This document shows, in pieces, positions 37,118-48,833 of a DNA stretch of 64,000 nt. The first letter of the stretch is position 1. Each line of letters begins with the position of its first letter. The notes under the pieces were generated by a model. The model saw only the letters and a list, made by a program, of their open reading frames with translations. It searched no databases and was not told the origin of the DNA. The DNA comes from Zootoca vivipara. Lineage: Eukaryota. The DNA is taken from positions 17,484,001 through 17,548,000 of the forward strand of contig NC_083277.1 in NCBI RefSeq assembly GCF_963506605.1. The letters are read 5' to 3'. Position numbers and translations under genes: made by a program.

Positions 37118-37966
37118 CTGTGTTTCTCACATTTTAAGACACCGTCTTATATTTATTTTACTTAAGAAAATAAGCCTACGGCTTATTTTCGGGGGTGTCT
37201 TATTTTTAAAAAATTACCTCCCCTTCCTGCTGTGGTTTGGCGCCCAGAACTGGCTGCTGCTGCTGCTGCGCTGCTGGGCACTTTGTTGGCGCTTCAGCAG
37301 GGCACGCTGCAGGGTCCCGCCGCCGGGTCGGGGCTCCAAGCGGTGCACGCTGTTGCCTTTGCTGGCTCCCGCTCCGTCGGCTCCCGACCCAGCAGGACCC
37401 AGCAAGGGCGGCAGCGTGCGCTGCGCCGAGCCCCAACCCAGCGGGAGCCGGCAAAGGCAGCAGCGCGCGCTTTGCCAAGCCCCGACCCAGCGGGACCTGG
37501 CAAGGGCAGCAGCGCACACCTGGCCGCGACCCAGCAGGAGCCAGCAAAGGCAGCAGCGCGCGCTTTGCTGGCTCCCGCTCAGTCGGGGCTCGGCAAAGCG
37601 CGCGCTGCTGCCTTTGCCAGCTCCCGCTCCGTCGAGGCTCGGCACGGCGCGCACTGCTGCCCTTGCCGGGTCGCACAGGGTCCTGCTGGGTCGGGGCTCG
37701 GCGCGGGGCGTGCTGCAGCTTCTGCCGGCTCCCGCTCCATCTGAGCTCCACACGGCGCACGTTGCACATCCGCTTCCGGCAAGGACAGGCATCTTCCTTT
37801 TCCTGTTCCTTACGGAAGCGCCATCCGGAACTGCTCCCAGCACGGTATAGTACCGGTACCCCAGAATGTCTTATTTTAGGGGGATGCATGCCTTATATTT
37901 TATTGCCTTGAGAAAATCGTGCCATGGCTTATTTTATAGGCACATCTTAAAATGTGAGAAACACGG
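37118..37966. mobile_element. Non-autonomous Tc1/mariner (Tc2-like) element with a CpG-rich repeat core
   Basis: TIRs CTGTGTTTCTCACATTTTAAGA / TCTTAAAATGTGAGAAACACGG; TA TSD. Confidence 0.85.
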
Positions 37967-38432
37967 TAGTTACTGGCCTATGGGCCCCATGTCCATAGTT
38001 GGAGCTTCCCTTGAAAAATTCCAGTTCACCACATGAGGTCTCCAAACAGCTAATTGGAATCCTCGGAAATATCAATATGCAATGAAATAAATTTCTCCAA
38101 CAAACTTTGAAAGTTTTTGCATAGCTAGTTAATTCAAAGACTTTTGCTCCCTAAGGAGTTAAGTAGTGTTTTCTTTTCCATCCCTCCCCTGGGGCAAGTC
38201 ACAACCTCCCAGAGGACACTGTGCAAGGGAAGAGGAGGCAGGTCTTTTGGGGCTCTGCTCATGACTGAAGGGTAACATGTAGTTTCACCTTAATTATTGA
38301 GTCTGAGTTCTGGCCCTTACGGGGCTTCATGATGGTTCCTCAGAGAGCTGCTGAATAATATCATAAAATCATTTATCCTGACCCCTGGAGACCTCTTTTG
38401 AGATAGAGATATCATCTTACTATGGTCATGTA

Positions 38433-39587
38433 CCGTGTTTCTCCTAAAATAAGACATGCCTCTAAAATAAGCCATGGCACAATCTTTTAAAGGCAAAAAA
38501 ATATAAGACATCCCCCCAAAATAAGACATGTTGGGGGTACCGGTACCTACCCGACCCAGCGGGAGCCGGCAAACGCAGCAGCGCGCGCCGCGCCGCACCC
38601 CAACCCAGCGGGAGCCCCAGCACAGAGACGTGCCGAGCTCCGACTGAACGGGCCCCAGGACCCGGCAGCGGGCGGTGCGCGAAGCCGCAGCAGCCGGCAG
38701 CAGCCCCAGCCGCACCGCGCCGCACCGCACCAAGCCCAGGGACCCAGTAGTGGGCTCAGCGGGCGGCGCGCGAAGCCGCAGCTGCCGGCAGCAGCCCCAG
38801 CCGCGCCGCACCGCGTCAAGCCCAGGGACCCAGCAGTGGGCTCAGCGGGCGGCGCGCGAAGCCGCAGCAGCCAGCAGGAGCCGGCAGCAGCCCCAGCCGC
38901 GCCGCGCCGCGCCGCACCGCGTCAAGCCCAGGGACCTAGCAGTGGGCTCAGCGGGCGGCGCGCAAAGCCACAGCAGCCGGTGGGAGCCGGCAGCAGCCCC
39001 AGCCGCGCCGCGCCAAGCCCAGGGACCCAGCCGTGGGCTCAGCGGGCGGCGCACAAAGCCGCAGGACCCGGCAGGAGCCGGCAGCAGCCCCAGCCGCGCC
39101 GCGCCGCGTCAAGCCCAGGGACCCAGCAGTGGGCTCAGCGGGCGGCGCGCGAAGCCGCAGCCGCCAGCAGGAGCCGGCAGCAGCCCCAGCCGCGCCGTGC
39201 CGCACCGCGTCAAGCCCAGGGACCTAGCAGTGGGCTCAGCGGGCGGCGCGTGAAGCCACAGCAGCCGGCACTAGCCGGCAGCAGCCCCAGCCGCGCCGCG
39301 CCGCGCCAAGCCCAGGGACCCAGCAGTGGGCTCAGCGGGCGGCGCACAAAGCCGCAGGACCCGGCAGGAGCCGGCAGCAGCCGCACCGCGCCGCACCGCA
39401 CCGCGTCAAGCCCAGGGACCCAGCAGTGGGCTCAGTGGGCGGCGCAAGAAAGCCCCGTACCATACTTACGGTAACAATGCTGTACCATGCTTAATAAAAA
39501 ATAATACATCCCCCGAAAATAAGCCGCGATGTGTTTTTTTATAGGAAAAATAAATATAAGACGTGTCTTATTTTAGGAGAAACACGG
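38433..39587. mobile_element. Non-autonomous Tc2-like element carrying a GC-rich minisatellite
   Basis: TIRs CCGTGTTTCTCCTAAAATAAGACA / TGTCTTATTTTAGGAGAAACACGG; TA TSD; the empty site ggtcatgTAgatgtg is visible in the other cassettes. Confidence 0.9.
38731..39445 (+). repeat. CpG-rich minisatellite, about 8 units of 85-105 bp
   Basis: The unit caagcccagggacccagcagtgggctcagcgggcggcgc...gcagcagccccagccgcgccgc starts at about 38731, 38817, 38923, 39014, 39110, 39211, 39307 and 39407. Confidence 0.92.
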
Positions 39588-40274
39588 TAGATGTGCCGGT
39601 ACCAACAGATTGTATATGACACAATGTTGAGGCAGAAGAGCCAAGGTGCTGGACTGAATTAGGCAAGCCGCCCAGGGTAAGAGTTGCGGGGAGCATTTTT
39701 TTTTTGCTACCATAATTTACATTGATCATTATCATAATCACCATCATAAACTTTATTGCACTACCGAAGGCCATGGCATCATTCACAATGGGAACAAAAA
39801 GAAAAGCAACAATAAGCGTAAAAACCATAAAAACATCAGGCACTGCAGATACAGTACAATAAACCATGATCATTTCTCCTAAAAAATATTTGTTGCATAC
39901 AATAGAATAGCAAGGGGTCATCAGGTAGAATGTGCCAGCTTAAATGTCTGAATCACCTTTGCAGTTGACCGCTATTTTATCTAGTTCTTTTCTCATGATC
40001 CTCTTAGCTGCCAACGCATATACTGCTACTTTATAAGTTACAAAGTCATCAGTATCACTCAGCAGCCATTTCACCCTTTCCACGCTGTTCGAGTGTGTTC
40101 CATTCGTGAGCAGGGTTTTTTATAAATCGGTCCTCTATAGTGGGCATTGCAATAATTAGTGGTACAGGTCCTCTATACAAGGTTGCCCGCACAGGCAAAG
40201 TCTCTCCTTGTACTGTACCGTACCGACCATCCACCACCACCGAGGGCATTGATTGAAATCATAATTCTGTAAAA

Positions 40275-40500
40275 GAAGAAGAAGAAGAGTTTGGATTTGA
40301 TATCCCGCTTTATCATTACCCTAAGGAGTCTCAAAGCAGCTAACATTCTCCTTTCCTTTGTGAGGTGAGTGAGGCTGAGAGACTTCAGAGAAGTGTGACT
40401 AGCCCAAGGTCACCCAGCAGCTGCATGTGGAGGAGCGGAGACTCAAACCCGGTCCCCCGGATTACGAGTCTACAGCTCTTAACCACTACACCACACTGGC
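40275..40500 (-). mobile_element. tRNA-derived CORE/MIR-like SINE
   Basis: The reverse complement begins gccagtgtggtgtagtggttaagagc (A box), has a B-box-like gggtttgagtc and a gtgaccttgggctagtcac core, and ends in a (CTT)n tail. Confidence 0.75.
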
Positions 40501-40979
40501 TCTGCAATTCTTAGTACAGCAAGTGGGAGCTTTGTCAAATCACTAGCTCAGATTTGCTCCGTTTTGATAAGTGGGAACCATGGTGAACTTTGGGTAGAGG
40601 CCATTGTGGTTAAATCCCTTTCTGCATCAGACCTGAAGAGACCATCTCTTAAGTGCCTCTTATCCATCTTCATGATCACCTGAAGTTCTTGTAACTGATA
40701 TTGGGTCAAGAGGCATTGGATACATGGATCATTATGGAGATGCCTCCAGATGTGAGAGAATCTGCATCTCTTTCTCTTTCAGTCTCCTCCTGTCGTTTTC
40801 CCCTTGACCCTCTCCCCTTCACAAACACATACACATACTGAATGCTATTACACTCTTTTTTAAAAAAGAACATATCTTATCAGTGTGGCTCAGTGGGTGC
40901 TTCTTTTTGCTTGGCTCATCCTCTCTGGGTGTCTCCCCAGTCTTCATCTTCCCTTCTGCCCCCCCTCTAGTCACATAGG

Positions 40980-41110
40980 AAGGGCCATAGCTCAGTGGTG
41001 GAGCATCTGCTTTGCATGAAGAGGGTCCCAGGTTCAATCCTTGGCATCTCTCGAATGGGCTTGCAGAGAGCCGGGTCTGCAATCTTGCACAGCTGCTGCC
41101 TGTCAGCCTA
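40980..41110 (+). mobile_element. tRNA-derived squamate SINE
   Basis: ggccatagctcagtgg (A box) ... ggttcaatcc (B box) followed by a non-tRNA body; relatives at about 1170-1340, 8045-8170 and 8640-8750. Confidence 0.7.
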
Positions 41111-42349
41111 GACCCGTGTCCTTCAAGCTTCAATCCCCAGAGCTGTTGGACTGCAACTCCCATTGTCCATCACCATTGGCTAAGGTGTCTGGGTCATGAT
41201 GGGAACCCAAGCACAGAGAATACTGTGTAATCCTGAGATAGCTGGACTAATGCTCTTATTGGCTATAAGGCAATTTCATGTCTGCCCAGGCTACCCCAGG
41301 TATTTTCCACACAGTACCCTTTTGATGACCTGGACTACGGAGTTGCATCCAGAGTGAGCTCTGTGAGAGTTTCCTTGGCCCAAGGTGGAGCCACCTCTCC
41401 CTCAACACAGACTGCCATAGCAGACCAAGAAGCCAAGCCATGGGCCACTCCATGGGATAGATTTTTGTTGTTGTTAATATTCTTCATTGCAAATCTTATT
41501 TTATTTCCCGCACCCAGAGATCTCAGAATACAGTGTGGGCTATACAAATATTAAATAAATAAAAGGATATCCAGTGTGTAAAACTGACCTAGACATAATG
41601 AATTTACTTCTCACTGTGACAGGGGTGAGATAGTAGGGTATACTGAATTTTTCAAATTCCAAAAATGTGGGGTGTTAAAAAGTTTAATATGGCTTGGGAA
41701 TTCAAAAGATATTTTGGTTAAACTAATACAACTTAGATTTGCTTGTTAAGCAAAATGGGTGTAAGATTGTATAGATATTATGAAAATTGATTGACAAGTA
41801 GTTGCAGTGTATATTATATGATCAAATTAGTATTACTGTATTTGGTTTTCCAAAAGTAGTTTATGTGCTTCTTCAGCAAAGGTCACCATCAAACTAGATG
41901 TTGTCCAGTCACAAAAAATAATAGCAGGTTTTAATTCCTCACACTCAGAAATAGCCCTCACTGAATAAATTTGCAAAAATTAAGTTTCACCCCCTAAAAT
42001 GACATGCCCTAATGAGTTGGTGAGGAGTGTCATCTTGAAAAAGGGAGCAAAAATTATAGGATGGATGGATGGATGTGAAATGAAGAGAAGAATAGAGAAA
42101 TAATATTGAATACACTTGTTTTTAGGAGGGAATTTAATTATTGTTTGATTTTATACTAATGTTATATATTTGATATTAGCCGCCCTGAGCCCAGTTTCGG
42201 CCAGGAACAGGGTGGGATACAAATAAATATTTTATTATTATTTTTATTATTTCATCATCATCATCATTATATTTATTATATTTATTATTATATTTATTAT
42301 TATATTTATTATTATTATTATTATATTATTTCATTTTATTATTAGTATT

Positions 42350-42381
<32 letters not shown>

Positions 42382-42965
42382 TTGCTTGGAAATGTATATG
42401 GGGAAAGTGCCTTGGATGGATATTTTAAGATGAAGTTGGGGGACAGATTAAGCATCTTTAACACAGATTCTTCCTCCCTCCTTAAATTGATCCTTCAAAC
42501 AGCAATTCATTTTAAAGGGTCATGGGACAGCAACAAAAAAGCATATTTTGTGTTTCTGTTACTGTTCTTGCATTTACAGCTGATACAATTAGGTTATTCA
42601 ACCTTTGTTAAGTTTTTCTAAACAGATTTTCCTAATAGGGGAGGTCTCCAACCCTGGATCATTTTATTGTATACTCTTTGTCTTTATTTTTAACTGCAAG
42701 TCTACATTTTTCTGAGATTTGACCACCAGAATAGTACACAGTATTCAAAGTGTGGCTGGTCACTGGTTTACATATGAGTATATGGTAGCTGGCACTTTAT
42801 TTCAATCTTATTATTTTCAACTTTAAATTTGCCTTTTTTAGATCACTACAAAACATTATCATTTTCTGTAAGCATTCCAACCCTTATGTGCAGGTTCACC
42901 ATGCCTACATTAAGCCGTGAAAAAATTAGGTTTTCTTATTGTACACATGGTACATGGGTGATCTG

Positions 42966-43214
42966 CATAGCTGCCAAGTCTCCCGTATTCCCCGGGAAAT
43001 CCCTGTTTTTCCAGCTGTTCCTAGCTGAAAAAACAGATTTTTTTGGTTTTCCCCGGTTTCTTCTGGCGCAGCGGCCATTTTGGAACTGGGTAAAGCAGCA
43101 TCAAAAGTCACTTCTGAGCATGCTCCGCCCAGTTCCAAAATGGCGGCAGCGCTACTTCCGGTCTGCTACTTCCGCCCGGTCTCTTATTTCTCCGACAGCA
43201 ACTTGGCAGGTATG
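42966..43214. mobile_element. hAT MITE about 105 nt upstream of the OR-3 splice acceptor
   Basis: TIRs CATAGCTGCCAAGT / ACTTGGCAGGTATG; TSD GTGATCT(G/C); empty site at about 33451 in the OR-2 unit. Confidence 0.85.
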
Positions 43215-43323
43215 GTGATCTCTGTCATACCAAGATGCCACTATTGCTCTTCTGCCAGCGGTTTATTCCAGCTCCATTTTCTGTAGGTATTTTGCTATTT
43301 TTTCTTTCTTACTTTTCCAGATA

Positions 43324-44265
43324 ATGTACAGGGAAGCAATGTGGGGAGATAATCAGAGCTATGAAGGAGAATTCATCTTACTGGGAGTGGCTGACCGCCC
43401 ACGCTTGGAGATGTTGCTCTTTGGTCTTGTCCTGATGTGCTACACGATGACCTTGCTGGGCAACACAACCATCATTGTGGTGTCGCGGCTGGACCCCCAT
43501 CTCCACACCCCCATGTATTTCTTCCTCAGCAACCTCTCCTTCCTTGATCTTTGCTTCACCACCAGTGTGGGCCCGCAGATGTTGGTGAACTTCTGGAGGA
43601 AAAGGAAGACCATCAGTTACGGTGCCTGCGTGCCCCAGCTCTACATCTTCCTTGCTTTGGGCTCCACAGAATGTGTCCTTTTGGCTGTCATGGCCTACGA
43701 CCGATATGCTGCAGTCTGTCATCCGCTGCGCTACACTACCATTATGAGCCACTCTTTATGTTTCAAAATGGCTGCCATCGCCTGGCTTTTTGGCTTCGGC
43801 AATTCACTAGTGCACACAGTGATGACTCTTCGGCTCCCACGGTGTAGAGAGAACCGAATAGACAATTTTTTCTGTGAGGTTCCAGCCTTAATCAAACTGG
43901 CCTGTGTTGACACCTCCTTCAATGAGGCTTTGCTTGTTGGTTTTAGTGCAGTGTTCCTTATAGTACCACTAGGCCTCATTATGGTCTCTTATAGCTACGT
44001 TGTGGTTGCTGTGTTGAGGATCCGCTCAGCGGAGGGCAGGCAGAAGGCCTTCAGCACCTGTGCTTCCCACTTGATTGTGGTGTCGCTCTTTTATGGGACG
44101 GCCACCTTCAGCTACGTTCAGCCCGCGTCCAACTACTCCCGCGATCAGGGCAAGATGGTTTCCCTTTTCTATACATTTGTTGTCACCATGCTCAATCCCT
44201 TAATCTATACCCTGAGGAACAAAGAGGTACACAAAGCTCTAAGAAGACTGACGAAGAGAACTTAA
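43324..44265 (+). CDS. Olfactory receptor, family 2-like (OR-3), 313 aa
   Basis: All OR motifs present; acceptor ttttccag|ataATG. Confidence 0.95.
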   Translation: MYREAMWGDNQSYEGEFILLGVADRPRLEMLLFGLVLMCYTMTLLGNTTIIVVSRLDPHLHTPMYFFLSNLSFLDLCFTTSVGPQMLVNFWRKRKTISYGACVPQLYIFLALGSTECVLLAVMAYDRYAAVCHPLRYTTIMSHSLCFKMAAIAWLFGFGNSLVHTVMTLRLPRCRENRIDNFFCEVPALIKLACVDTSFNEALLVGFSAVFLIVPLGLIMVSYSYVVVAVLRIRSAEGRQKAFSTCASHLIVVSLFYGTATFSYVQPASNYSRDQGKMVSLFYTFVVTMLNPLIYTLRNKEVHKALRRLTKRT

Positions 44266-44505
44266 GACCAATGTCTCCCAACTCCGTTCAGAGGCTGTGT
44301 GGTTATATTTTAATAATAAATAACTAAAACCTCACTGATCACTTATATGACACTTTTTTTTCTTAACCAGAGCTTCTTTTCAATTTTGAATTGACTGCCG
44401 GATATGCCAGTGAATCAGGCTGGACACTGCAGTCAGTACTGCACCCCTCTGAGGTCTGTGCCCTAGGCAGTTATCTAGTTTGCCCCATGATAGGGCCGGC
44501 CCTGT

Positions 44506-44842
44506 GTGCCGGCCTCAGTCAAATTGGCCTGTTCTGACACCTCACTGAATGAGGTGGTGCTCTTTGCTTCCAGTGTTGTATTCCTTGTTGCACCCTTAGG
44601 CCTCATTAGGGACTTTCATAGCTACACTGAGATGCTGTGTTAAGGTTCGCTCAGCTGAGGGCAGTCAAAAGGCCTTCAACACCTGTGCCTCCCACTTGAT
44701 TGTGGTGTTGCTGTTTTATGGGGCGGCCATTTTCAGTTACCTTCAGCCCCCAGTCCAACTACTCTTGTGACTAGGCAAGATGGTTTCCCTTTTCTATGCA
44801 TTGGGTGTCACCACGCTTATTGCACTAATCTATATCCTGAGG
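44506..44842 (+). pseudogene. OR pseudogene fragment (EC2 to TM7)
   Basis: [34 protein letters not shown] ... [27 protein letters not shown] ... LIYILR, with frameshifts and a TAG. Confidence 0.88.
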
Positions 44843-45077
44843 TATAATGGGCTTGCCCCGTTCATTCCAGGCACACGTCCGTGTTTTAAAACTTTGTGTT
44901 CATTTTTTAAAGGATATTATTTTTTACATTTGGAGTTGTGCATTGAGAACTAATATCCTTTAAAAAATAAAGATTAAAAAGACTGCCAATAATACGACCG
45001 TTGGGTTGATGGGAATAAAATGGAGGTTAAATCAGGTCCTCCCTCACAAGAGGGCACATGTTGCAGTGGGACCTGGC

Positions 45078-45517
45078 TGTAAGGGGGAGGGAGTACAGAG
45101 TACCCCCCCCCCATCATCAAGAGTAGCTCCTCACAGAGTAGCGAAGGAAACACAGACTCCGGGGAGGGAAGTCAGGACACGGAGAGAGAGTGCCCGGGCT
45201 CAGGCAGGATGAAAGAGCCCAGACTCCACAGACGGGAGGAGAGCGAAGGGGACCAGGGGGAGAGGGAAAACATGGAACGCAGACCCTTTCCGCCGGTTCC
45301 GGAATTACGAAGGAGGAGAAAAGAAAAGAGATTCAGTGTCCCGCGCCTTTTATGTTGGGGGCGTTCGTGCCGAGGGGCACTTCCGGATTCTGCATCAGAC
45401 TGAGGAGACATGTTTCTGCACCTGCTTCACTGTACATATCAGCACCAATAAACACGTTATGGAAAAGTAACCTGAGGAGCGTCGTTACTCGAGAGTAGTC
45501 ACAAGAAACCCCTGACA
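45078..45517 (+). mobile_element. Solo LTR, 440 bp
   Basis: TGTAAGGGG...CCCCTGACA ends, 5-bp TSD CTGGC, AATAAA near 45447. Confidence 0.8.
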
Positions 45518-46158
45518 CTGGCAATCAGGCCTTGTGTTGTGGGTGGGAACATTGGAGCGGCCACAACACCCTACTGGTGGTCCCTCGATCGTGGGAGAAT
45601 TGGGCTAGCGGGACGCCAGTGAAAGCGATGAAGGGACCACTATTTAAGCTGATGCACGTGCCCAGAGCTTCCTCTTTCGGGCTCAGTGCATCGGAACACC
45701 CGCCCACCTCTCCCTATATTTAGGGCTTGCGCTTGACCTTGCTATGCCGTCATGTGTTGCCTGTCGTTGGGACAGGGGCAAAACAGGAATTTTCCCCACC
45801 TGGCTGATTGGCTGGTGCCATTTGGGTTTCATCTGCCGCATAGCAAGTTGTCACAACTTGTAAGGTTGCGGATAGGTTCTGGTTCAGGTGATAGGGGTGG
45901 CAGGAAGCCCAGCCATTTATTGTAATCAATAAAGTTGTGGCCTAAATTCTGCCAAAAACCAAACCAAAAATTTGAGTCCTGTCTGAATTTATTTCCAGGC
46001 CTGGTTAAAAGGACTCCTGTTGAAATATTCTATACCACAAATGTTTGATATAGGGGGTTTCTCCCACATTTGTTATGCTATACCCCCAGCAGTTATGGGG
46101 TAACACTGAGGAAGCATCACAGAACAACCTGAAGCAAATTCTTTATGCTACCACTAAT

Positions 46159-46302
46159 CGGTGCTTTTTTTCCTGGGGGGCACAGGGGCATGCATACCCC
46201 TAAACATTGTGTGAATCTAAGTTTGGCCTCATTGAGGGGCAGTATTTCAATATGAGTAGGAAATTGAGAATACCCCTCAACATTTTTAGGGGGGGAGCAC
46301 TG
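46159..46302. mobile_element. hAT MITE
   Basis: Ends CGGTGCT / AGCACTG; perfect TSD CCACTAAT. Confidence 0.7.
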
Positions 46303-46448
46303 CCACTAATACACAATGAAGGCGTCAAGAACATGTTGCAGAATATAACTGACAGGGCCTTGAATAGCAGTACATCACCACAAGTGGGAGTGAACTGTGT
46401 CGTATGAATAGCAAGGAGACAAAAAGCAGAGGGGAAGGAAAACCAAAT

Positions 46449-46537
46449 CATAGCTGCCAAGTTATCCCCTTTTTAAGGGATTTTCCCTTATGCTGAATAG
46501 GCTTCCTCGTGAGAAAAGGGAAAACTTGGCAGCTATG
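46449..46537. mobile_element. hAT MITE, 89 bp (same termini as 42966-43214)
   Basis: TIRs CATAGCTGCCAAGTT / AACTTGGCAGCTATG; perfect TSD AACCAAAT. Confidence 0.9.
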
Positions 46538-46609
46538 AACCAAATGCGGATCAGTTCCTAGTGAATTTTGTGGCTATATGATGATGCGAACCCAGACCAC
46601 CCCCCCTTG

Positions 46610-47166
46610 GACTAAAGCTAGTTCTCTAAATGTGACATCACACGAGGTGTCCAAAGAGCAAATTGGAATACTCAGAAATATCAATAGGCATTGAAATAAA
46701 TTTATCCGACCAACTTTGACAGTTTACATATAGCTAGTTAATTCAAAGTCTTTTGCTCCCTAAGGAGTTAAGTAGTATTTTTCTTTCCATGCCTTCCCTC
46801 ATGCAAGTCACAGACTCCAAATGACATTGCGCAAGCGAGGAGGAGGAGAGTCCTTTGAGGCTTCTCAACTCATGGCTCCAGCGTAAAATTTGTCCCTAAT
46901 TATTGAGTCTGAGTTCTGTTCCTTCTGCGGCTCAATGATGGTTCTTCAGGGAGCTGCTGAAGATGGGGAGAGAGAGCAACTTCCTCCACCACCTCCCTGC
47001 TGGATAACATCATAAAATCAGTTCTCTTGTCTCCAGAAGGTCCCTTTTGAGAGAGATCCTGCTACTACGGTCATGTAGATGTGCAGGTACTAACAGATAC
47101 TATGGGACACAGTGCTGAGCCAGAAGAGCCCAGGCACTGGACTGAATCAGGCAAGCCAACCCAAGT
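46610..47166 (+). promoter_or_regulatory. Putative promoter/exon-1 cassette for OR-4
   Basis: Paralogous block with TCCCTAAGGA and CTAATTA; donor AA|GTAAGG at 47165. Confidence 0.55.
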
Positions 47167-47499
47167 AAGGGTTTTTTGGGGGTAGCATTTCCCTTTTTCT
47201 TCCACCTTTTGCATTGATCATTATGCGGATGTCTCCAAATATATGAGATTCTGCATCCCTGTCTCCTGCTTTGAGCTGTCTCCCTTGACACTCTCCCCCT
47301 GAATGCTTTTTCTCTTTATTCAATCTTATTTCATTCTTCATCTGATTCAACTATTTCTGTACAGAACAGAGCGGTGCAAAGCAGCCTTCCCTGGTGTGGT
47401 GCCTGCCAGATGTTTTCAGCGACAACTCCCATCAATGCCAGTTGACAAGACTAATAGTTAAGAGGGAAGGGAGTTTTAGTCTTAAATATCTGTATAGGG

Positions 47500-47913
47500 C
47501 AGGGGTCCCCAAACTACGGCCCCCGGGCCGGATGCGGCCCAATCGGCCTTCCAATCCGGCCCGCGACGACTCCCGCCGCCCGCTGCCGCCGCCCGCTCTC
47601 ACGGCGCGCGGCGCAGCGACGATCTAAAAAATCGGCAAAAAATCGCCGAAAATCCTTTGTGCGCATGCGTATGGGCCTCTCCCGACCCGGAAGAGGTCAT
47701 TTCTGGTGCACTTCCGGGTCGGGGGAGGCCCATACGCATGCGCACAAGCGATTTTTTGCGATTTTTTCCCGCCCGTGTGCGTGTGCGCATGCGCACGGGC
47801 GCGCACTCCCCCGCCCTCCGGCCCGCTGCGCGCGCACTCCCCTGCCCTCCGGCCCACCGCGCGGTCGGCGCGGCGGGCACCGGCCCGCCGCGCAGAAAGT
47901 CTGGGGACCCCTG
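47500..47913. mobile_element. hAT (Buster/Charlie-type) element with a palindromic CpG-rich core
   Basis: TIRs CAGGGGTCCCCA / TGGGGACCCCTG; perfect TSD GTATAGGG. Confidence 0.9.
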
Positions 47914-48833
47914 GTATAGGGCATCGGGTTGGGACGAGGAAGATGTAAAAGCTAAATGTTTAATTCATTCATTTTCTTTGCAAATCTAAACTAGGTGAAC
48001 TGCTCGCTCTCCAGTCTCCGAGTCAGTCTTATAATTTCATCTCCCTGGCATCCTCCCCCCCCCCAAGCCTTTCCTTTACAGTGTAAGGATTGCCCAACAG
48101 GTCAGCCGCGATCAACTCGTAGATCACCTGACTGATTTCTCTTTTTCCCCCAAATAATTTTTATTGATTTTCATACATAAACATTTATACATTATACACT
48201 ATTAATCATAATATACAATACAACAAAATACAGCAAATACCCCAACCCCTCGCCCCTTCATTATTAACATCTCTTTTCATCTTCTATTTCTATTAGTTCT
48301 GCCGAACCCGACTTCCTCCTTCTTTCACATCTGGTTTTCTATCCTCTTTTCCTTTTATCTGCTCCTTTTTCTTGTACATTTTCTCTTTTGTCTATGTCTC
48401 CATTACTTCCCTTTATTACAGTTGTAGGTATTATATCAAGCCAATTAGTGTTATTGTTGATTTACAATATATTTTCAGATATTCTGTAAATTTATTCCAT
48501 TCTTTTTGAGATTTCTGGTCTTTTTGCTCTCTTACTTTTCCAGTCAGCTTTGCCAACTCTAGATACTCTACCATTTTTCACCTGACTGATTTCTGTTGAC
48601 CGCAGTCCAGCTTCTCTCTGAGGCAGCCTGAGAGAGCTCAGCACACTCCTCTAGAATGACACACACGCATAACAAAGGCAGAAGAAGAACGAGAAGTGAG
48701 CAGGCAGAAGGCGGGAGGAGGCGGGAGGAGAGGCACGCGGACGGAGAGGCATGCGCTCCTACTGGCTTCTCAGAGAGAGAACTTTTGCCTCCCTTTCCTC
48801 CCCCCCCACTTAAACTCCCCCCCCCCCGGTGCA

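Larger units (their letters stand above)
38000..39678 (+). promoter_or_regulatory. Putative promoter/exon-1 cassette for OR-3, interrupted by a Tc2-like element
   Basis: TAATTG (38051), TCCCTAAGGA, canonical O/E site TCCCCTGGGG (38185-38194), donor GG|GTAAGA at 39677. Confidence 0.6.

Noticed and set aside
38731-39445. Regularly spaced repeats resembling a CRISPR array
   Set aside because: The intervening sequences are repeats of each other rather than unique spacers; eukaryotic context with no cas genes. It is a minisatellite.
36978-39544. Many 170-290 aa Ala/Arg/Pro-rich ORFs on both strands
   Set aside because: They arise from GC-rich repeat cores of non-autonomous transposons; no transposase motifs.
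40982-41052. tRNA-like sequence with A and B boxes
   Set aside because: The acceptor stem does not pair cleanly, it continues into a SINE body and has several degenerate relatives in the window; a SINE head, not a tRNA gene.
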